Origin: Candidatus Saccharimonadota bacterium
GTDB taxonomy: Bacteria; Bacteroidota; Bacteroidia; Flavobacteriales; Blattabacteriaceae
Direction of reading: 5' to 3'
Assembly (NCBI RefSeq): GCF_014252315.1
Contig: NZ_CP059216.1
Coordinates: 448,038-480,037, forward strand
DNA length: 32,000 nt
Position numbers and translations under genes: made by a program. Numbering within the stretch: the stretch's first letter is position 1; each line of letters begins with the position of its first letter. Shown here one piece after another: positions 29,480 through 32,000 of this stretch. The notes below the pieces were generated by a model that saw only the letters and a list, made by a program, of their open reading frames with translations, did no database searches and had not been told where the DNA came from.

Positions 29480-29500
29480 TTGATTATATTAAAATTAAAT

Positions 29501-31573
29501 ATGAAAAAAGAAATTAAATTAGCTATTATAGGTAATCCTAATGTAGGTAAAACATCTTTGTTTAATAAATTAACTGGACTTAACCAAAAAATAGGAAATT
29601 ATACTGGAGTAACGGTAGATAAAAAAATAGGATTTTTTTCATACAAAAATAAAAATTATCAAATTATAGATTTACCTGGAACTTATAGTATTTATCCATC
29701 ATCAGATGATGAAGAAATAATCGTTGATTTATTATTAAATAAAAAAAACATAGACTATACAGATAATATTATTGTCGTTGCAGATTCTTCCAACTTAAAA
29801 AAAAGTTTTCTTTTACTTAGACAAATTCAAGATTTAGGTTTTTCTATTATACTTGTTTTAAATATGATAGATGAAGCAAAAAAAAGAGGAATATTTATAA
29901 ATATAATAAAATTAAAAAAACTTTTATTGAAAAATATTGTATTAATAAATGCAAGAAAAGGAGTTGGAATCGATATTTTAAAAGAAAAAATATATAATAA
30001 TTTTTATAGCAAAAAAAACAATTTTTTTCATCCAGAATTATATTTACAATCTGCTATAACAGATGTAAAAAAAAAATATAATATTAATAATTCTTATAAA
30101 GCATGGTATTATTTAGCAACAAATAATATTTCTGACAAAGAAGATTATAATAATATTAAAAAAATAAGAAAAAAATATAAAATTATTCCAAAAAGATTAC
30201 AGATTAAAGAAACTATTGTTAGATATGAAGAAATAAATAAAATTTATTTAGAAACAATTAGTATAAATATTACATATAAAAATAAAAAATATTTAAATTT
30301 CTCTAAAATAATAGATAGATCATTAATTGTACACCCAATTTGGGGTTATTTAATATTCTTATTTATTTTATTTTTTATTTTCCAATGTGTATTTTTTTGT
30401 TCTGAATTTTTTAAATATTATATAGAATTTTTTTTTTCTATAATTCAAAAAAAATTAAAAATTATACATCCTGGACCTTTAAATAATTTTTTATTAGAAG
30501 GAATTATTCCTGGAATAATTACTGTAATTACTTTTATTCCACAAATATCTATTCTTTTATTTTTTTTACTTCTTATGGAAGAAAGTGGATATATAAATAG
30601 AGTAATTTTTTTAATGGATAGAATTATGCGTCCATTTGGATTAAGTGGAAAAAGTGTTGTTCCTCTTATATCTAGTATGGCATGTGCAATTCCAGCTATT
30701 ATATCATCTAGATATATAGAAAATTCAAGAGATCGTTTAATAACAATGTTAGCTACTCCCTTCATAACTTGTTCTGCAAGATTACCTGTTTATATATTAA
30801 TAATATCTTTAATAATACCAGACAAAAAATGGTATATAATACAATTAAGAGGTATAATATTGTTGTCTATGTATTTAATAGGAGTAATATTTGCATTAAC
30901 TGTATCTATGATTCTTAACAAAATACTAAAAAATAATTATAACAGTCACCTTATTATAGAAATTCCAACCTATAAAATACCAATATTAAAAAATATATTT
31001 ATGAATTTATTAATTCATATAAAATCATTTATTTTTAATACTGGAAAAATTATTTTACTAATGGATATTGTAATATGGGTTTTAGGATCATATGGACCAT
31101 CATCATTTACAAATGATAAAAATAATATTTTTTATATAAAAGAACAAAACATTGATAAATCTTACCTTGGATTATTAGGTAAAAAAATAGAACCTATTAT
31201 TCATCCATTAGGATATGATTGGAAAATAGGAGTTGGATTATTATCCTCTGTAATAGCAAGAGAAGTTTTTGTAAGTACTATGAATTCTATTTATGGAATA
31301 GAAAAAAAAGAAAATATAAATCTAATAAATTCAATGAAAAAAGATATTAATTTAAATAACAATAAACCTATTTATAATTTTTCAACAGGAATGTCTTTGT
31401 TATCTTTTTATGCACTTTCTATACAATGTACAAGTACATTATATATTCTTAAAAGAGAAACAAAATCATGGAAATGGCCTGTTATTCAATTTTTTTTCAT
31501 GACTATAACCTCATATTTATTTTCTTTTCTCATTTATCAAATACTACATAATATATGTGGGATTATACAATAA
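29501..31573 (+). CDS. feoB: Ferrous iron transporter B
   Basis: The G-domain motifs GNPNVGKTSLFN (G1), DLPGTYS (G3) and NMID (G4) are followed by a polytopic membrane domain. I prefer the ATG at 29501 (MKKEIKLAIIG) to the TTG at 29480 used by the ORF track. Confidence 0.95.
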   Translation: MKKEIKLAIIGNPNVGKTSLFNKLTGLNQKIGNYTGVTVDKKIGFFSYKNKNYQIIDLPGTYSIYPSSDDEEIIVDLLLNKKNIDYTDNIIVVADSSNLKKSFLLLRQIQDLGFSIILVLNMIDEAKKRGIFINIIKLKKLLLKNIVLINARKGVGIDILKEKIYNNFYSKKNNFFHPELYLQSAITDVKKKYNINNSYKAWYYLATNNISDKEDYNNIKKIRKKYKIIPKRLQIKETIVRYEEINKIYLETISINITYKNKKYLNFSKIIDRSLIVHPIWGYLIFLFILFFIFQCVFFCSEFFKYYIEFFFSIIQKKLKIIHPGPLNNFLLEGIIPGIITVITFIPQISILLFFLLLMEESGYINRVIFLMDRIMRPFGLSGKSVVPLISSMACAIPAIISSRYIENSRDRLITMLATPFITCSARLPVYILIISLIIPDKKWYIIQLRGIILLSMYLIGVIFALTVSMILNKILKNNYNSHLIIEIPTYKIPILKNIFMNLLIHIKSFIFNTGKIILLMDIVIWVLGSYGPSSFTNDKNNIFYIKEQNIDKSYLGLLGKKIEPIIHPLGYDWKIGVGLLSSVIAREVFVSTMNSIYGIEKKENINLINSMKKDINLNNNKPIYNFSTGMSLLSFYALSIQCTSTLYILKRETKSWKWPVIQFFFMTITSYLFSFLIYQILHNICGIIQ

Positions 31574-31683
31574 TTATTATATCTTTCATTTTTTCTATTT
31601 ACTGTATATTAAAAAAAATTTTATTTTCCTTTTTTTATAAAGAAAAAAAAATGTGTAAAAAAAAATGTTATTTTAAAAAATAA
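31555..31683 (+). CDS. Candidate FeoB-associated Cys-rich small membrane protein (42 aa, below the ORF-track cutoff)
   Basis: I translated it by hand as MWDYTIIIISFIFSIYCILKKILFSFFYKEKKMCKKKCYFKK*. It has one hydrophobic helix and then a Lys-rich tail with a C-x3-C pair. Its ATG overlaps the last 19 nt of feoB. A 43-codon open frame is uncommon in DNA this AT-rich. Confidence 0.45.
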   Translation: MWDYTIIIISFIFSIYCILKKILFSFFYKEKKMCKKKCYFKK

Positions 31684-31709
31684 TTTTTATTTTAATTATT
31701 TATTTTCTT

Positions 31710-32000
31710 TCATTTTTCATTATATAATAAACATGAATTTATTAAATTATGAAAAAAATCAGATAAAGATATTCCAGCTTTTTTTAATTGTTTTGGAAAT
31801 ATACTTTCTTTTGAAAAAGCTGGAATTGTATTAATTTCTAAAAAATATGGAGTATCATTAACTATAATAAAATCTAATCTAGACATTCCATTTAAATTCA
31901 ATAATTTATATATTTTTATAGAAATTTTTATTATTTTATTTTTAATATTTATTGGTAATATTGCAGGAGTTATTTCTTTAGATTTTCCAGAATATTTTGA
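31710..32000 (-). CDS. ddl: D-alanine--D-alanine ligase, 3' part only (the gene continues beyond the window end)
   Basis: The frame is open all the way to position 32000. It reads SKYSGKSKEITPAILPINIKNKIIKISIKIYKLLNLNGMSRLDFIIVNDTPYFLEINTIPAFSKESIFPKQLKKAGISLSDF.., matching the Ddl C-terminal ATP-grasp region (..Y.....E..PA..; G..RvDf; lE.NT.P). The TTG start in the ORF track at 31901 is internal to the gene. Confidence 0.88.
   Translation of the reverse strand, partial: SKYSGKSKEITPAILPINIKNKIIKISIKIYKLLNLNGMSRLDFIIVNDTPYFLEINTIPAFSKESIFPKQLKKAGISLSDFFHNLINSCLLYNEK

Noticed and set aside
29480-29500. N-terminal TTG extensions used by the ORF track (feoB 29480, cysteine desulfurase 9699, lipoprotein 248)
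   Set aside because: In each case an ATG a few codons downstream gives an N-terminus that matches the family better: MKKEIKLAIIGNPNVGKT, MKRAYLDNASTTP, and MMKK plus signal peptide. The extensions are probably just open frame.
30445-30765. 106-aa minus-strand ORF
   Set aside because: It is antisense inside the feoB membrane domain. It has no motif, and feoB on the other strand is unambiguous.
1-32000. Possibility of an alternative genetic code (UGA=Trp), as in some tiny symbiont genomes
   Set aside because: Trp in conserved positions is encoded by TGG. TGA acts as a stop at the end of the cysteine desulfurase gene, and every gene is full-length under the standard bacterial code, with no conserved domain needing read-through of an in-frame TGA. 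Code 11 fits.
1-32000. Search for CRISPR arrays, IS elements, prophage genes, toxin-antitoxin pairs or defence cassettes
   Set aside because: There are no spaced direct repeats, terminal inverted repeats, or transposase/integrase/nuclease-type ORFs. The only repeats are the 24-bp dnaB duplication and the 15-bp tandem at 71-100.

Overview
This window is extremely AT-rich (roughly 20-25% G+C by eye), almost gap-free, and carries only housekeeping genes. That profile fits the reduced genome of an obligate insect endosymbiont in the Flavobacteriales (Bacteroidota). The gene content and order (guaB | lipoprotein | rplS-glmM-dnaB-accA-sdhBAC-cysteine desulfurase | rny-DHS-like-lpdA | fdx, ribD-aroE-rpsU-tRNA-Val | recG-uvrD-CDF-DUF4290-murA-greA-HIT | coaX | hydrolase-5FCL | rseP | feoAB | ddl) fit a Blattabacterium-like symbiont best. 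That assignment is inference from memory of these genomes, not a search result. I call 31 intact or partial CDSs, one tRNA-Val(GAC), one clear pseudogene and one hairpin terminator. Many adjacent genes overlap by 4-20 nt. I see no CRISPR array, transposase, integrase, phage gene, toxin-antitoxin pair or defence cassette, and no convincing novel multi-gene system, so this is ordinary core-genome sequence. Four things deserve a second look. (1) The only large empty gap (13.9-14.6 kb) is a uracil-DNA glycosylase (ung) gene broken only by 2-3 frameshifts at short homopolymers. (2) An unlisted 42-codon ORF overlaps the feoB stop and looks like the FeoB-associated Cys-rich membrane peptide. (3) A small, low-complexity orphan lipoprotein sits next to guaB. 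(4) MurA carries Asp in place of the fosfomycin-target Cys. Minor points are a 24-bp in-frame tandem duplication in the DnaB tail, A12/A13 tracts inside rny and murA, several genes with no ATG start available, and a 54-bp convergent gene overlap.
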